A DNA stretch of 64,000 bases, from contig CBDCXR010000004.1 of the NCBI GenBank assembly GCA_965223845.1, positions 4,704,001 to 4,768,000 of the forward strand. Reading direction: 5' to 3'. The notes below the pieces were generated by a model that made no database searches, was not told the origin of the DNA, and worked only from the letters and a program-made list of their open reading frames with translations. Both the position numbers and the translations under genes were made by a program. This DNA is from Planctomycetota bacterium (GTDB lineage Bacteria > Planctomycetota > UBA8108 > SXIK01). Below, one piece after another: positions 19,305-30,040 of the stretch (position 1 is its first letter; the number at the start of each line of letters is the position of its first letter).

Positions 19305-20801
19305 ATGCAGATCAATCTCGACGACTACGACTTTATCGATTTCGGCGCTTCGAAAGGCGGGTCGATCGAGTTCGGGAAAAACCTCTTCGACGCACGCCGC
19401 GGTATCGGTATCGATCTCGACCCGGACAAGGTCGCGTTGATGCGTGGGCACGGGTACGACTGCATCGAAGGAGACATCACGCAGATCGATCTCCCCGAGA
19501 ACTCCGTACGCTTCGTGATGATGAGCCACATCCTCGAGCACTTGCCCGGTCTCAGTGCCGTCCGCGCCGCCATTGCCAACGCCGCGCGAGTCGCGACCGA
19601 TTTCTTGTTCATCCAGGGGCCGTTCTTCGACGCGGACCTCGACCTCGCCGCCGACGGCCTCAAGCTTTACTGGTCCGACTGGACTGGCCACACGTGCCAT
19701 CTCCGCAGCAGCGACCTCGAGCGCATCCTCGAGCAGCTGGGCCTCGATCAGCATCAAATGCACTTCGCGACGCTCATTTCTTCCTCGCGAGACGAGGCGA
19801 TCCACCCGCTCGCGTCGCCGCGGAACCAGCACCAGTACGATCCCGCGCGCCACCCCGAAAAGTCGGTTTCGCGATTCAGATATCCCGTGTACCGGGAGAT
19901 CGTCTGTTGCGTTCGGCTGCGCGACGTGCCGGGCTGGGAACGACTCGTCCAGCGCGTTCGAGTGAAGAAGAAGGCGGTCGCATCCGCGCCGCGAACCCGC
20001 CCGACATCCGGCGAGGCACCGGCCCCGTCGAGACTCGAGTTTCGCTGCTCGTCGCTCCCTCAGCGCCGGCGTCTCACGGAGGTCCACAAGCGATTGATGT
20101 TCCATCGTCGCTGGTCTTACCTCCGGTATCTTCACCTGCGCGAAGCGTTTCTCCTCACTCGGGACGTGAAGTCGGCTCTTTCCGTCAATTCTGGACAGGG
20201 ATACGCGGAGCTCGCACTCGCCCTCGAGTTTCCGGAGGTACAGTTCCGCTTCGAGTGGGATGGGCCGGGTGATGCGCCGGCCTGGGACCCGGGCCGAAAG
20301 CTGGTCGAGACGTGGGGGGTTTCCAATCTCTCCTTCGCTCGGCACGATCTGGACTCGATCGCGCCCGCAACCTACGATCTCGTCTGCTCGATCGAGACAA
20401 TCGCTCGCGCGGAGAACGACCGCGAGGCGGCGGCGGCTCTTCGCCGCATCGCGCGCCGCTACGTGTTCATTCTCGCTCCGTTCGCGGACCCCGAGACGAA
20501 CGCGAGTGAACGACTGAGAGAGCGCCTGCGCAAGCAGCACGCTCAGCACCGGGTCGGATACGACCTCGACACCCTGAGCGATCTCCTTGAGCGCCCGCTG
20601 TGCGTGCGCGGCTGCTACTGGAGTGATTTCGGCGGGCAGCTCCGCGAGAAACTCGCCATGCTCTCGGATGCCGAAGTGCGCGCGTCCCTCCCGCTCCTGC
20701 AAGAAGAGGCGAACCGCGACCTCGTCGAAGAGATCCCGCTTCTCTATCCACTCGCGTTCGGTATCTGGGGTCTCGCCGAGCTCGGCCCCGAAGCGAGTTG
20801 A
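19305..20801 (+). CDS. Tandem two-domain SAM-dependent methyltransferase-like protein
   Basis: Domain 1 has FIDFGASKGG, GIDLD and SHILEHL; domain 2 has LSVNSGQG and YDLVCSIE. The true start is likely 19305 (GGAG RBS), not 18102. Confidence 0.75.
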   Translation: MQINLDDYDFIDFGASKGGSIEFGKNLFDARRGIGIDLDPDKVALMRGHGYDCIEGDITQIDLPENSVRFVMMSHILEHLPGLSAVRAAIANAARVATDFLFIQGPFFDADLDLAADGLKLYWSDWTGHTCHLRSSDLERILEQLGLDQHQMHFATLISSSRDEAIHPLASPRNQHQYDPARHPEKSVSRFRYPVYREIVCCVRLRDVPGWERLVQRVRVKKKAVASAPRTRPTSGEAPAPSRLEFRCSSLPQRRRLTEVHKRLMFHRRWSYLRYLHLREAFLLTRDVKSALSVNSGQGYAELALALEFPEVQFRFEWDGPGDAPAWDPGRKLVETWGVSNLSFARHDLDSIAPATYDLVCSIETIARAENDREAAAALRRIARRYVFILAPFADPETNASERLRERLRKQHAQHRVGYDLDTLSDLLERPLCVRGCYWSDFGGQLREKLAMLSDAEVRASLPLLQEEANRDLVEEIPLLYPLAFGIWGLAELGPEAS

Positions 20802-20802
20802 A

Positions 20803-23175
20803 TCAGTTCGCCCACACCGGGTTCCGCCGCCGCGCCGCGGCGCGGCGCAGCAGGGTGAGTTCGGACGCGGCCGAACCGAGCAGCGGATACTCGAGTGCAG
20901 TCGCAACCCCTCGGTCGGCGAGCCGCCGCCGCAGATCGGCATCGACCAGAAGCCGAGCGAGAGCGTCGCTCATCGCCTCGAGCGAAGACGTGTCGACGAC
21001 GAGAGCGTTCTCCCCGTCGACGGCGTACTCCGAAGCTCCCCCGTCCCGCGGAACGATCGTCGCGCAGCCGCAGGCCATCGCCTCGAGCGCTGTCCGGCCG
21101 AAGGCCTGATAGGTCGAGAAATCGACGAAGACGTCGCTCGCACGGAGGAGCTCTCCGACCTCCTCGCGCACGAGCTCACCTCGCTGCGTGAAGGCGAAGT
21201 TCCGTTCGAGTGCGAGAAACCCGGGATCGTCGTTCCGACACCCGAAGACTTCGATCACGACGTCGTCGCCAAACCGCCGCTTACAGTTCGCGAGGACCGC
21301 CATCGTCTCGGCGGGAGATCGTCGCGGCGTGCTCGGCCGAACCATGGCGACGACTCGAACCGGCCGCTCCGGCGCGTCGACGCCGTCGGCGAAGGACGGA
21401 TAGTAGACCTCCGTATCGATGCTGGGTCGTACTCGCTCGACGCGGACGCCGTGCTCGGCTTTCACCTTCTCGCAGAGCCACGCAGTCTTAGCAAAGGGGA
21501 CCATTTCGGGGACGAGCGTGTACGAGGCGACGGCTTCGGGGTAGAGAGACGACTCTCGATCGACGATCCAGGGTTCGTAGTCTTGGATGTAGTAAGCCGG
21601 AACGATCTCCGGATAAGCTTCGACGAGGTTCTTCACGAGCTTCACCGAGGTGAAGATCGTTGCGACGACGACGTCGAATCCCGCGACAAGCTCGAGAAGA
21701 TCGTTCGACCGAAATCCGACGAAGACATCGGGATCCACGTTCGGATATCGCGCGAGAAAGCTCGCGCGGTGCTTCGCCGGAACCGCGATTTGAGCGCTTC
21801 CGCCGAGCCGCCGCATCCCCACGGCGTCCTGAACGATCGAGTGGACTCCCCCACCGCCGCCGCTCACGGGCAGGACGAAGAGAACGCGAAGCGAGTGGGC
21901 GCTCTCTTGCCGTGGACGCGAGAGAGCGTCCGCGACGGCACGACGCAACTCTCCGAGCGCCGCGTTCTCTCTCAGCTCTTCGACGCACGTCTCGATGGCG
22001 CCGTCACCGTATTTCTTTCTCAGCGCGCGATTGCTCTCCTTCGAGATCTGGCTGCGCCTCTCCGGCGTATAGCTCTTCGATTTCGCGTGAAACACGTAGA
22101 CATCGTCGGCGATCGCGATCTCGAAGCCCGCCGCGCGCGCACGCATACAAAAATCGTTCTCCTCGCCGTACCCGCGGGGGAAAGCGTCTTCATCCATCCG
22201 CCCGATCGCGTCGATCACCGCGCGCTTGATCCCGAGACAGAAGCCGTTCGCGAGCGGAACCCGCGGCAGTCGCCGCGGTGAAACCGACGCGACGAGATCG
22301 GCGAATCGATCGACGTCGAACCCGTCGGGAAGCGGATTGACGCACCAACCGCCCTCGCGATCGAATCGTTCGGGAACCGACTGCCACGTGGCGGCGTTCG
22401 AGACGGGTCCGACGATTCCGACCTTCTCGTCGCTCCACGCACAAGCGAGGAGCCCGTCGAGCCAGCCCCGGCTGACGATGACGTCGCTGTTGAGGAGAAC
22501 GACGAAGTCACCGCTCGCGGCGTCGATTCCGCGATTCACCGCGCGAGTGTAGCCCGTCGCCTCGTCGCTCACGAGAAGCGAGACGCGAGGCCGAGGCGCA
22601 GAGAATTCACGCAGGTATCGCGACGTCTCCTCGTCGGAACCGTCGTTGACGACAACGAGCGAGAAGGGTCTCTCGGTGTTCTCGGCTACGGACGCGAGAC
22701 ACGCGCGCACATCGTCGAGCGCATTGTGTACGCAGATGACAATGGCGACATCGATCGCGTCGGGAATCGACGCGAGAGGCGAGGCGGGGCCGGATTCTTC
22801 GCGGCGGGAAAGTCGGTCACTCGAAGCGCCGCCGCGCGCGTCGACCGCTCGGGCTTCGGTTTCGCGCTGAGCGGCGATCTGCCGCCGCACCGCGGCTCGC
22901 TGAGGCGCCGAGCGGCGCCAGCGACGAAGCGTGGCCGCGCGGTAGGCGGCGCGAAGAAGACGAGCCACCTTCCAAGCACGCGACTCGACGACCGCGCGAT
23001 ACTCCGACTCGGCGTTCTTGTGGAGTCGCTTTCGCCGGTCGTACGCCTGCTCGAGCTCGCGGTACTTCTTCGTTCGTTCGGCGTACGCAGATTCTAGTGC
23101 GATGAGCTGCCGTCGAAGCTCGTCGGCCGTCTGCGGTGCGTCTTCCGCCTCCGAGCGGTCGGTCGTCTCGCGCAT
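20803..23175 (-). CDS. Bifunctional glycosyltransferase (coiled coil + GT2 + GT4-like)
   Basis: IVICVHNA, VVVNDGS, LLNSDV, GYGEENDF for GT2; SGGGGG, YYIQDYE, QAFGRTALEAMACG for GT-B; N-terminal coiled coil ending SRAWK. Confidence 0.88.
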   Translation of the reverse strand: MRETTDRSEAEDAPQTADELRRQLIALESAYAERTKKYRELEQAYDRRKRLHKNAESEYRAVVESRAWKVARLLRAAYRAATLRRWRRSAPQRAAVRRQIAAQRETEARAVDARGGASSDRLSRREESGPASPLASIPDAIDVAIVICVHNALDDVRACLASVAENTERPFSLVVVNDGSDEETSRYLREFSAPRPRVSLLVSDEATGYTRAVNRGIDAASGDFVVLLNSDVIVSRGWLDGLLACAWSDEKVGIVGPVSNAATWQSVPERFDREGGWCVNPLPDGFDVDRFADLVASVSPRRLPRVPLANGFCLGIKRAVIDAIGRMDEDAFPRGYGEENDFCMRARAAGFEIAIADDVYVFHAKSKSYTPERRSQISKESNRALRKKYGDGAIETCVEELRENAALGELRRAVADALSRPRQESAHSLRVLFVLPVSGGGGGVHSIVQDAVGMRRLGGSAQIAVPAKHRASFLARYPNVDPDVFVGFRSNDLLELVAGFDVVVATIFTSVKLVKNLVEAYPEIVPAYYIQDYEPWIVDRESSLYPEAVASYTLVPEMVPFAKTAWLCEKVKAEHGVRVERVRPSIDTEVYYPSFADGVDAPERPVRVVAMVRPSTPRRSPAETMAVLANCKRRFGDDVVIEVFGCRNDDPGFLALERNFAFTQRGELVREEVGELLRASDVFVDFSTYQAFGRTALEAMACGCATIVPRDGGASEYAVDGENALVVDTSSLEAMSDALARLLVDADLRRRLADRGVATALEYPLLGSAASELTLLRRAAARRRNPVWAN

Positions 23176-23442
23176 TCCTCTCTCCCCTCCGATCGTTCCG
23201 CGGCCGATCCCTAGCTGCGGCGGAGCCCGCGCTACTCTACCCCAAGGCCGCAGAACCCGGCGGCAAAAATCGCTCTGGCTCGCCGATCGGCCCTTCGTCC
23301 GCCGGCCCTCGCCCGCTCGACCGATGCTCACGTGCGGTTGCGGACGCTCCGTTCGCCGAGACCGGCGAGGACCGCGAACGAAAACCGCGCGAGAGCACGG
23401 ACGACCGGTGCGATGCGATGCGAGCGACGCTCGTCACAAATC

Positions 23443-24720
23443 TCACCCCACTCCTTCGGTCGTCGAGGGCGAATCGCGTCGCGCCGCGTGAACGCGACTC
23501 GATTCGCGCGCGCGGGCTGACTCGACCACCGAGTCGTAAACGTGCGCGTACGACTTCGCGATGGCGCTCGGCGCGAAGGCCGCCGCACGCGCGCGGGCTT
23601 CGATCGCTACCTCGCGCCGCTTGGAGGGGTCGTCGAGGAGTTCCGTGAGCTGCGCTCCGAGAGCTCCCGGACGTCCGGGATCGAAGAAAAATCCCGTCCG
23701 ACCGTGCTCGACGATCTCCGGGAGTCCTCCGCTCCGGGCGGCGACGACCACTCGGCCCGCGCCCTGCGCTTCGGCCGCGACGCGAGAGAGCGGCTCGTCC
23801 CAGAGCGATGGCACGACAACGACGTCGATGTTCGGCCAAAACTCCGCCGGGTCCAGCTCGCCGACCAGAGCCGCACCACTCTCTTCGGCGAGACGCTCGA
23901 TGCGCCGGCGGTAGTCCTCCGTGCCCGTCCCCGCAATCGAGAGGGACATCCGGTGCCGCTCGGGATGATCGCGAAACTCTCGAAGGAGCAGCTCGACGCC
24001 TTTGTCTGCGTGCAGACGACCGAGGTAGCCGAGTCGAAGTGGCCCCCCGCACGCGTCCACGGACTCGAGCACGTCGACCGGGCGCACTCCGTTCACGATG
24101 ACGCTGGCGGGAGTGTCGCAGAAGCAACCGAACGTCCGGTGTCGCTCGAGGACGAAGCGACTGATGCTCGCGACGTGATCGACCGTTTCGGTTTCGCGCC
24201 GTCGCGGTGCCGACGCCCACCGGCACGTTCCACACACCGAGCGGCAGTCCTCGCTCTCGCCGCGCGCGCCTCGACGCCGCATCGTCGAACGCGGGCACAG
24301 GAGATAATAGTCCCGAAGCGTGTGAACGATCGGACATCCGCTCGCTCGTCCGGCACTCCAAATCGAAGCGGACAGACCGGCGAGATTGTTCGTATGGACG
24401 ATCTCCGGTCGAACCTCGCGGAGAATCTTCGCGACGTCCCGCGCCGCCGCCCCGTTCCAGCGATCCTTCGCGTGCCAGAGCCAGCGGAGCGCCGGCGATC
24501 GACTCCGCTCGCCGAACGGCCAGTAGAGATTCCGGAGTGGAAGGTAGCGCACTTCGACGCCACCGATCACCTCCGCGCGCGGTCGACGGATCGGCGCCAA
24601 GCAAACGACGACGATCTCGGCGCCGAGACGAACCAGCTCCTCAGCGAGAGAGCGCACGCTCCGCTCCGCGCCGCCGCGTTCAAACGGCGCGTAGAGATTG
24701 TTGACGATAACGATCCTCAC
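23443..24720 (-). CDS. GT4 family glycosyltransferase
   Basis: GTG start MRIVIVNNLYAP-GGAE, HTLRDYYLLCP, GRLHADKG, PSLWDEP, GGLPEIV. Confidence 0.9.
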   Translation of the reverse strand: MRIVIVNNLYAPFERGGAERSVRSLAEELVRLGAEIVVVCLAPIRRPRAEVIGGVEVRYLPLRNLYWPFGERSRSPALRWLWHAKDRWNGAAARDVAKILREVRPEIVHTNNLAGLSASIWSAGRASGCPIVHTLRDYYLLCPRSTMRRRGARGESEDCRSVCGTCRWASAPRRRETETVDHVASISRFVLERHRTFGCFCDTPASVIVNGVRPVDVLESVDACGGPLRLGYLGRLHADKGVELLLREFRDHPERHRMSLSIAGTGTEDYRRRIERLAEESGAALVGELDPAEFWPNIDVVVVPSLWDEPLSRVAAEAQGAGRVVVAARSGGLPEIVEHGRTGFFFDPGRPGALGAQLTELLDDPSKRREVAIEARARAAAFAPSAIAKSYAHVYDSVVESARARESSRVHAARRDSPSTTEGVG

Positions 24721-25880
24721 GCGCTGCCTCCGCTCGGCCGATCGGCCGGCCCCAGCTCCCCTGCGAGTCCGTCGGCGATCGCCGCACAGACGAGCCGGTA
24801 GCGACTCCACCTCCTGGACACCAGCGCGAACGCGCCGAGGAGGCTCATGAACAGCGCGCGATTCACCCGGTACGATCCGCGGCTCCGCGTCCAGCGGCGC
24901 GACTCGGTGTACACCTGATTCCGCACGGTGAAGAAGACCCGCTCGGCCGAGTCGGCGCGGAGCAGACGAGCGAAGAAGTTTCCGTGCGCGTGACCGACGT
25001 GCCATGAGGGCAGCGCATCATGCAGCCGGCTCGCCGGGGCGAGGAAGAGCCGCCCTCCGCTCGCGACGAAGCGACTCGTGAGCGCGACGTCGTCGCCGTA
25101 GAGGCAAAAGCGCGCGTCCGGCGCTCCGAGCCGAGCCAGCGTTCGCCGCGGAAGAAAGAGCCCGCCGTAGGGAGCGAACGGAATCGGAACGGGGTGAAAC
25201 TGCGCGCGACCGCTCGTTTGCGCGCGCGCGAACCGAGCCGCGCGAAAGACCTTCCGCGGAATCCGTGACCAATGAAAGCCGAGAAAGCTCGACGGCGGAG
25301 GAAACACCAGTCGAGAAGACTCGCCGGAGGCCACGCGGAGATGGTCCGTGCGCCCCGTGCGCACCGACGCGAGGATCCATGGATCCGAGTCCGAACCCGA
25401 GTCCCCCCCGATCGCTCGCGCGGATTGCGCGAGTGCGACGAGCGCGTCCGGCGAGGCGAGGTTGTCGTCGTCGAGGATCCAGACGTACTCCTCGTCGCTC
25501 GCGCGGCGCTTCTCGCGCGAAGCTGCGGCCGCGAGCGCGGCGCGAAAGCCGCGGGCCGCGTTCGCGCGCGCGCCGGCTGCACTCTCTAGTCGAAGCAGCG
25601 AGAAACTTCCGTTCGACTCCGCCGCGAACTCTTCGAGCGCTCGGCGCGAGCTCGACGTGAGCCCGTTGTCGACGACCGAGACCCGCGCAACTCCGCACGC
25701 GAACGCGGCCTCGGCCATCGCCCGCGTGAACGGAGCGCGATCCCCATAGGTGACGCTGAAGACGGCGACACCGCCCGGAAACGGGCCGTCGCGCCGAACG
25801 GCGGGCCCCGGGGACACCGTCTCGTCATTCGCTCCATCGGCGAAGGCGCGATCGGCAGGCGTGACGGCGAGAGTCCTCAT
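24717..25880 (-). CDS. GT2 family glycosyltransferase
   Basis: VTYGDR, VVDNG, WILDDDN, APYGGLF, LYGDD. Confidence 0.85.
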   Translation of the reverse strand: MRTLAVTPADRAFADGANDETVSPGPAVRRDGPFPGGVAVFSVTYGDRAPFTRAMAEAAFACGVARVSVVDNGLTSSSRRALEEFAAESNGSFSLLRLESAAGARANAARGFRAALAAAASREKRRASDEEYVWILDDDNLASPDALVALAQSARAIGGDSGSDSDPWILASVRTGRTDHLRVASGESSRLVFPPPSSFLGFHWSRIPRKVFRAARFARAQTSGRAQFHPVPIPFAPYGGLFLPRRTLARLGAPDARFCLYGDDVALTSRFVASGGRLFLAPASRLHDALPSWHVGHAHGNFFARLLRADSAERVFFTVRNQVYTESRRWTRSRGSYRVNRALFMSLLGAFALVSRRWSRYRLVCAAIADGLAGELGPADRPSGGSA

Positions 25881-25973
25881 TTCGCGCAGTATACCGCAGC
25901 ATTCCGCCGAAAGACTGCGCGGGCCGGCCGCGGCGGAGTGCGCGCGCAGCCGAGCGACGGAGCCGATCCCGAA

Positions 25974-26849
25974 TCAGCGCAGCTCCTCTCGCGCGTTGCG
26001 GTACGCGTCGAGGTTCTCGGCCGCGTAGCTCGCGTAGTCGAATTCGATCTCCGAGGCGACGGTTTGAATCGTTCCCCACAGAGCTTCGCGGAGAAGCGAT
26101 ACCGCCTTCAGGATGCGGAGCGAGCGGAGATCTTCCTCGTCGACACTCCCGCGGTAGGCGCGAAGGAGCTCGGCTTCGGCATCGGCGTCCAGCCCGCAGT
26201 TTCCCGCGAGACCGGCGACGTCGAAGAGCGGGTGACCGACGCCGGCGTACTCCCAGTCGACGAGCTGGAGTCGGGCGCCGTCGTCCATCACGTTTGCCGG
26301 AAGGAGATCGTTGTGACACAGCGCCGGGCGATAGGGAACGAGGCGCGCTTCGAGCTCACTCGCGTCGTCGACCGCGCACTCGACGGCCGGCGAAACCGCG
26401 GCCCCGAGCCGGCGAGCATTTTCGAGGTACGTACGGACCGTCAAGAACGGCGAAAAAAAGAGCAGCTCTCCAGACACCGACCGCCAACCCTCGTGGAGCC
26501 GCCGGATGAGCTTCGCGACGCGTTCGAGCCGTTCCGGCTCGCGCGCGCAATCCGCAGTGAGCGCCGCTCCCGAGACGAACTCGCTCACGAGCACTCCGTC
26601 TTCGCGCCAGATCACCGCGGGCGCGACTCCGTTTCGGTGCGCGGCCGCCTGGCAGGCCGCCTCGCTCCGCCGGTCGATTCCGAGGTGCGGCAGATCCTCG
26701 CCGACGCGCGCGACGTAACGCCGCCCGGAGTCGCGCACGACGTAGTTTCGATTCGTCATTCCGCCCTCGAGTGGAACGAGCTCGATCTCGCCGTGCCAAC
26801 ACTCGAGTCGAGCGATGCGGTTCTCGCTCTGGCGTAGATCGAGGATCAC
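25974..26849 (-). CDS. Choline/ethanolamine kinase-like phosphotransferase (APH fold)
   Basis: LEGGMTNRNY, Brenner motif CHNDLLPAN, LVDWEYAG. Confidence 0.85.
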   Translation of the reverse strand: MILDLRQSENRIARLECWHGEIELVPLEGGMTNRNYVVRDSGRRYVARVGEDLPHLGIDRRSEAACQAAAHRNGVAPAVIWREDGVLVSEFVSGAALTADCAREPERLERVAKLIRRLHEGWRSVSGELLFFSPFLTVRTYLENARRLGAAVSPAVECAVDDASELEARLVPYRPALCHNDLLPANVMDDGARLQLVDWEYAGVGHPLFDVAGLAGNCGLDADAEAELLRAYRGSVDEEDLRSLRILKAVSLLREALWGTIQTVASEIEFDYASYAAENLDAYRNAREELR

Positions 26850-27188
26850 GAAGCTCTCCGGTCGCGAGGGGAACGGCTCGGCGGCGATCGACGGGGCAAA
26901 ATTCCGATCGGTTCTTCGATTGTACGGGCTGCCGCCATCGCACGCGTGCGCGAACGCCGTGCCATCGAGCGGATCGAGATCGCACTCGCCTCCGTCGCAT
27001 TCGACTCGCCCTGCGCGTATTGCGTCTCTCGGCCGGCGCAGAGAGAATGACGGACCGACAGACTCTTCTTTCGCTCGATGGAATCGTGAATCAGCACCCT
27101 CCGACGCGGTTGCGCCCCGTCCCTCCGCGTCGCGCGACGAGCTTCATGACCCATCCGGCTCCGATTTTCGCTCAGGACCTAATCGGCG

Positions 27189-28580
27189 ATGAAACTACAG
27201 TTCTTCGGCGCCGCGCGTACCGTGACCGGTTCTTGCCATCTCCTCGAGGTAGGCAAATCCCGCATCCTCCTCGACTGCGGGCTCTACCAAGGCCGGCGTA
27301 AGGAAGCGTTTCACCGCAACCGGAACTTCGCCTTCGATCCGTCGGCGATCGATGCTCTCGTCCTTTCCCACGCGCACATCGACCACAGCGGAAACATTCC
27401 GCACCTCGTCAAGTCCGGGTTCAAGGGGAAGATCTTCGCGACGACGGCGACGCACGACCTATGCGAGTGGATGCTTCGAGATTCGGCGTACATCCAGGAA
27501 AAGGATGTCGAGTACGTCAATCGAAAGCGAAGGAAGAAAGGGCAGTCTCCGTTCGAGCCGCTCTACACGAAGCGTGACGCGGAGCTCGCGCTCAAGCGGT
27601 TCATCGGGATCGAGTACGAGCGTCCGGTCGAAGTCGCTCCGGGTGTGACGCTCCGGCTCGAGGATGCCGGCCATATCCTCGGGAGCGCGTCCTGCCACCT
27701 CGACTGCGAAGAGCGCGACCGCAAGCTCCGCGTCGTGTTTACGGGCGACATCGGCGTCCGCGGCCGACCGATCCTCCGCGATCCGGTGCCGCCGACTAAA
27801 GCCGACTACCTCATCTGCGAGTCGACCTACGGCGACCGCCTTCACGAGCCCCCGGAGAAGCTGGCGAATCACCTTCTCGAAGTTTTCGAGCGCACCCGTG
27901 CTCGCGGCGGCCGAGTGCTCATTCCCGCCTTTAGCGTAGGCAGAACGCAGCACATCGTCTACGTGCTGAACGAGCTCTGGAACAGCGGAAAGCTACCGCC
28001 GATGCCCGTGTTCGTCGACAGCCCGCTCGCCTGTAACGCGACGGACGTGTTCCGCGACCATCCCGAGTGCTACGACGAAGAGGCGTTTTCGCGGTATCGC
28101 AATGACGACGACCTCTTCGGCTTCCACCGTCTCACTTACATCCGCGACGTCGAGGCATCGAAGGCTCTGAACGAGCTCCACGTTCCGTGCGTGATCATTT
28201 CCGCCTCCGGGATGTGCGAAGCCGGTCGCGTTCTTCATCATTTGAAGCGCGTCGCACCGGATCCGAAGAGCACGATTCTCGTCGTCGGGTACATGGCGCC
28301 CTTCACTCTCGGCCGGCGCATCGCCGACCGCGCGCCGCGCGTGAAACTGTTCGGCGACACGTATCCTCTCAAGGCGGAAGTCGTCTCGACGAGTGGTTTC
28401 AGCGGGCACGCGGACCGCGACGGCCTCCTCGACTACCTGGGTCACCTCGACCGACCGCCCCACCGAACCTTTCTCGTCCACGGCGAGCTCGAGCAGTCCG
28501 AGGCGTTCGCGGAGCACCTGCGGAAGCGCGAATTCCCGGCGGTGGACATCCCCGCCGAGCTCGCGCGATTCGATCTCTGA
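27189..28580 (+). CDS. Metallo-beta-lactamase / beta-CASP ribonuclease
   Basis: GAARTVTGS, SHAHIDHSG, AGHILGS, ESTYGDRLH, SASGMCEAGRVLHH, FSGHAD. Confidence 0.93.
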   Translation: MKLQFFGAARTVTGSCHLLEVGKSRILLDCGLYQGRRKEAFHRNRNFAFDPSAIDALVLSHAHIDHSGNIPHLVKSGFKGKIFATTATHDLCEWMLRDSAYIQEKDVEYVNRKRRKKGQSPFEPLYTKRDAELALKRFIGIEYERPVEVAPGVTLRLEDAGHILGSASCHLDCEERDRKLRVVFTGDIGVRGRPILRDPVPPTKADYLICESTYGDRLHEPPEKLANHLLEVFERTRARGGRVLIPAFSVGRTQHIVYVLNELWNSGKLPPMPVFVDSPLACNATDVFRDHPECYDEEAFSRYRNDDDLFGFHRLTYIRDVEASKALNELHVPCVIISASGMCEAGRVLHHLKRVAPDPKSTILVVGYMAPFTLGRRIADRAPRVKLFGDTYPLKAEVVSTSGFSGHADRDGLLDYLGHLDRPPHRTFLVHGELEQSEAFAEHLRKREFPAVDIPAELARFDL

Positions 28581-29011
28581 GGATTCGGGCGCTCCGGCGG
28601 CTCGAGATCAGCCAGAGCGCACGACTCGCGACCGAGCCCGGATCGAGCCGCCTCCGCAAAGATCGAGTTCGGCCGAGAATGGTTCTCACGGACGACGTCC
28701 CGGTCGCCAATCTTCGGCGATTCCTCGGGTATCGCGGGCGAATCGCTCCCCACTCCCGTCCGAGTACTTCGCTTTCGCTTCGAGCCCTTTCTTGCGCCGG
28801 TATTCGGCGCCTGAAACGCCGCCGCGGCGCCGCCCGTCTTCTTATCGATGATCGGACGCGCATTCCCGCACACGCTTGCCCTCGCCATCGGCGCGTGTAG
28901 ACTGCCGGTACTCGTTCCTCGATCGAGTCGCGCTTTCGTCTCCCGCGTGAGATGCCAGGATCGATCGACACGAACTCATTCAGCTCGACCCTTCGGATTC
29001 GCGGTTCGAAC

Positions 29012-30040
29012 GTGGGACCGTTTTTCGCAATTCTCCGCAACACAGTGCTCGAGACGGTGCGTCAGCCCGTCTACGGGCTCGTCGTCGCCGTCACCGTCTG
29101 CGTCATCGCGCTCACTCCGGCGACGGCCGCGCAGATCTACTCCTTCCGCGTCGCGAGCGGACTCGATCGCGCGGCGGAGCGCATGATTGCGGATCTCGGC
29201 CTCGCGTCGCTTCTCCTCGCCGGCCTTCTCCTTTCGATCTTCGCCTCGACATCCGTCATCAGCCGCGAGATCGACGAACGCACCGCGGGGACGGTCCTCT
29301 CGAAGAACATCCGGCGACCCACATTCGTCGTCGCGAAGTTCTGCGGCGTCGCGCTCAGTATCGTCGCGGCGACGGCGACCGGCATGCTCGTCCTCCTCTT
29401 GACCCTCCGCCGGGGCGAAGCCCTGGTTCCGACCGAGCTCACCGACGTCCGTCTCGCCGCCGCGCTTCTGGTCGCGGTCGGCGGGGCGATCGCCTTCGCG
29501 ACGTGGCGGAACTACCGCTCGGGACGAAGCTGGATCGGCTCGTGCACGCTCGCGGGAATGGTCGCACTCGCCGTCACGTTCGGGGTGTTTTCGCTTTTCG
29601 ATGAGGCCGGTCGGCTCATCTTCTCGCCGGAGTCCACCGGAGTTGCCGGAACGTTCAACGACCCGGATGTCCTCGTCGCCGGACTCCTCACGCTCGAAGC
29701 CATCCTGGTGATGACGGGCGTGTCCGTCGCCGCGAGCACACGCCTCGGCACGGTGGGAAACGCTGCACTCACGGGCGCCGTCTTCGCCTCCGGTTTGACG
29801 AGCGAGTTTTTCTTCGGCTCGCTCCGCACGAGTGGCGAGACCGCAGTCGGTCGATGGTTCGCCGAAGCGATGTACACGGCGGTCCCGAGCCTCGAGCGAT
29901 TCTGGGTGAGCGACGCGCTCCTCCGGGAGATCCCTCTCCCGGCGAGCTACGTCGCCGCGACGTCGGCGTACGCCGCCTGCTACCTCGGGGCGATGCTGCT
30001 CCTCGGAGGAGTCCTGATGGAGAAGCGCGATGTCCCTTGA
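29012..30040 (+). CDS. ABC-2 type permease (PilI/GldF-like)
   Basis: AILRNTVLETVRQP, SREIDERTAGTVLSKNIRRPTFVVAKF; multiple TM helices. GTG start inferred. Confidence 0.8.
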   Translation: MGPFFAILRNTVLETVRQPVYGLVVAVTVCVIALTPATAAQIYSFRVASGLDRAAERMIADLGLASLLLAGLLLSIFASTSVISREIDERTAGTVLSKNIRRPTFVVAKFCGVALSIVAATATGMLVLLLTLRRGEALVPTELTDVRLAAALLVAVGGAIAFATWRNYRSGRSWIGSCTLAGMVALAVTFGVFSLFDEAGRLIFSPESTGVAGTFNDPDVLVAGLLTLEAILVMTGVSVAASTRLGTVGNAALTGAVFASGLTSEFFFGSLRTSGETAVGRWFAEAMYTAVPSLERFWVSDALLREIPLPASYVAATSAYAACYLGAMLLLGGVLMEKRDVP

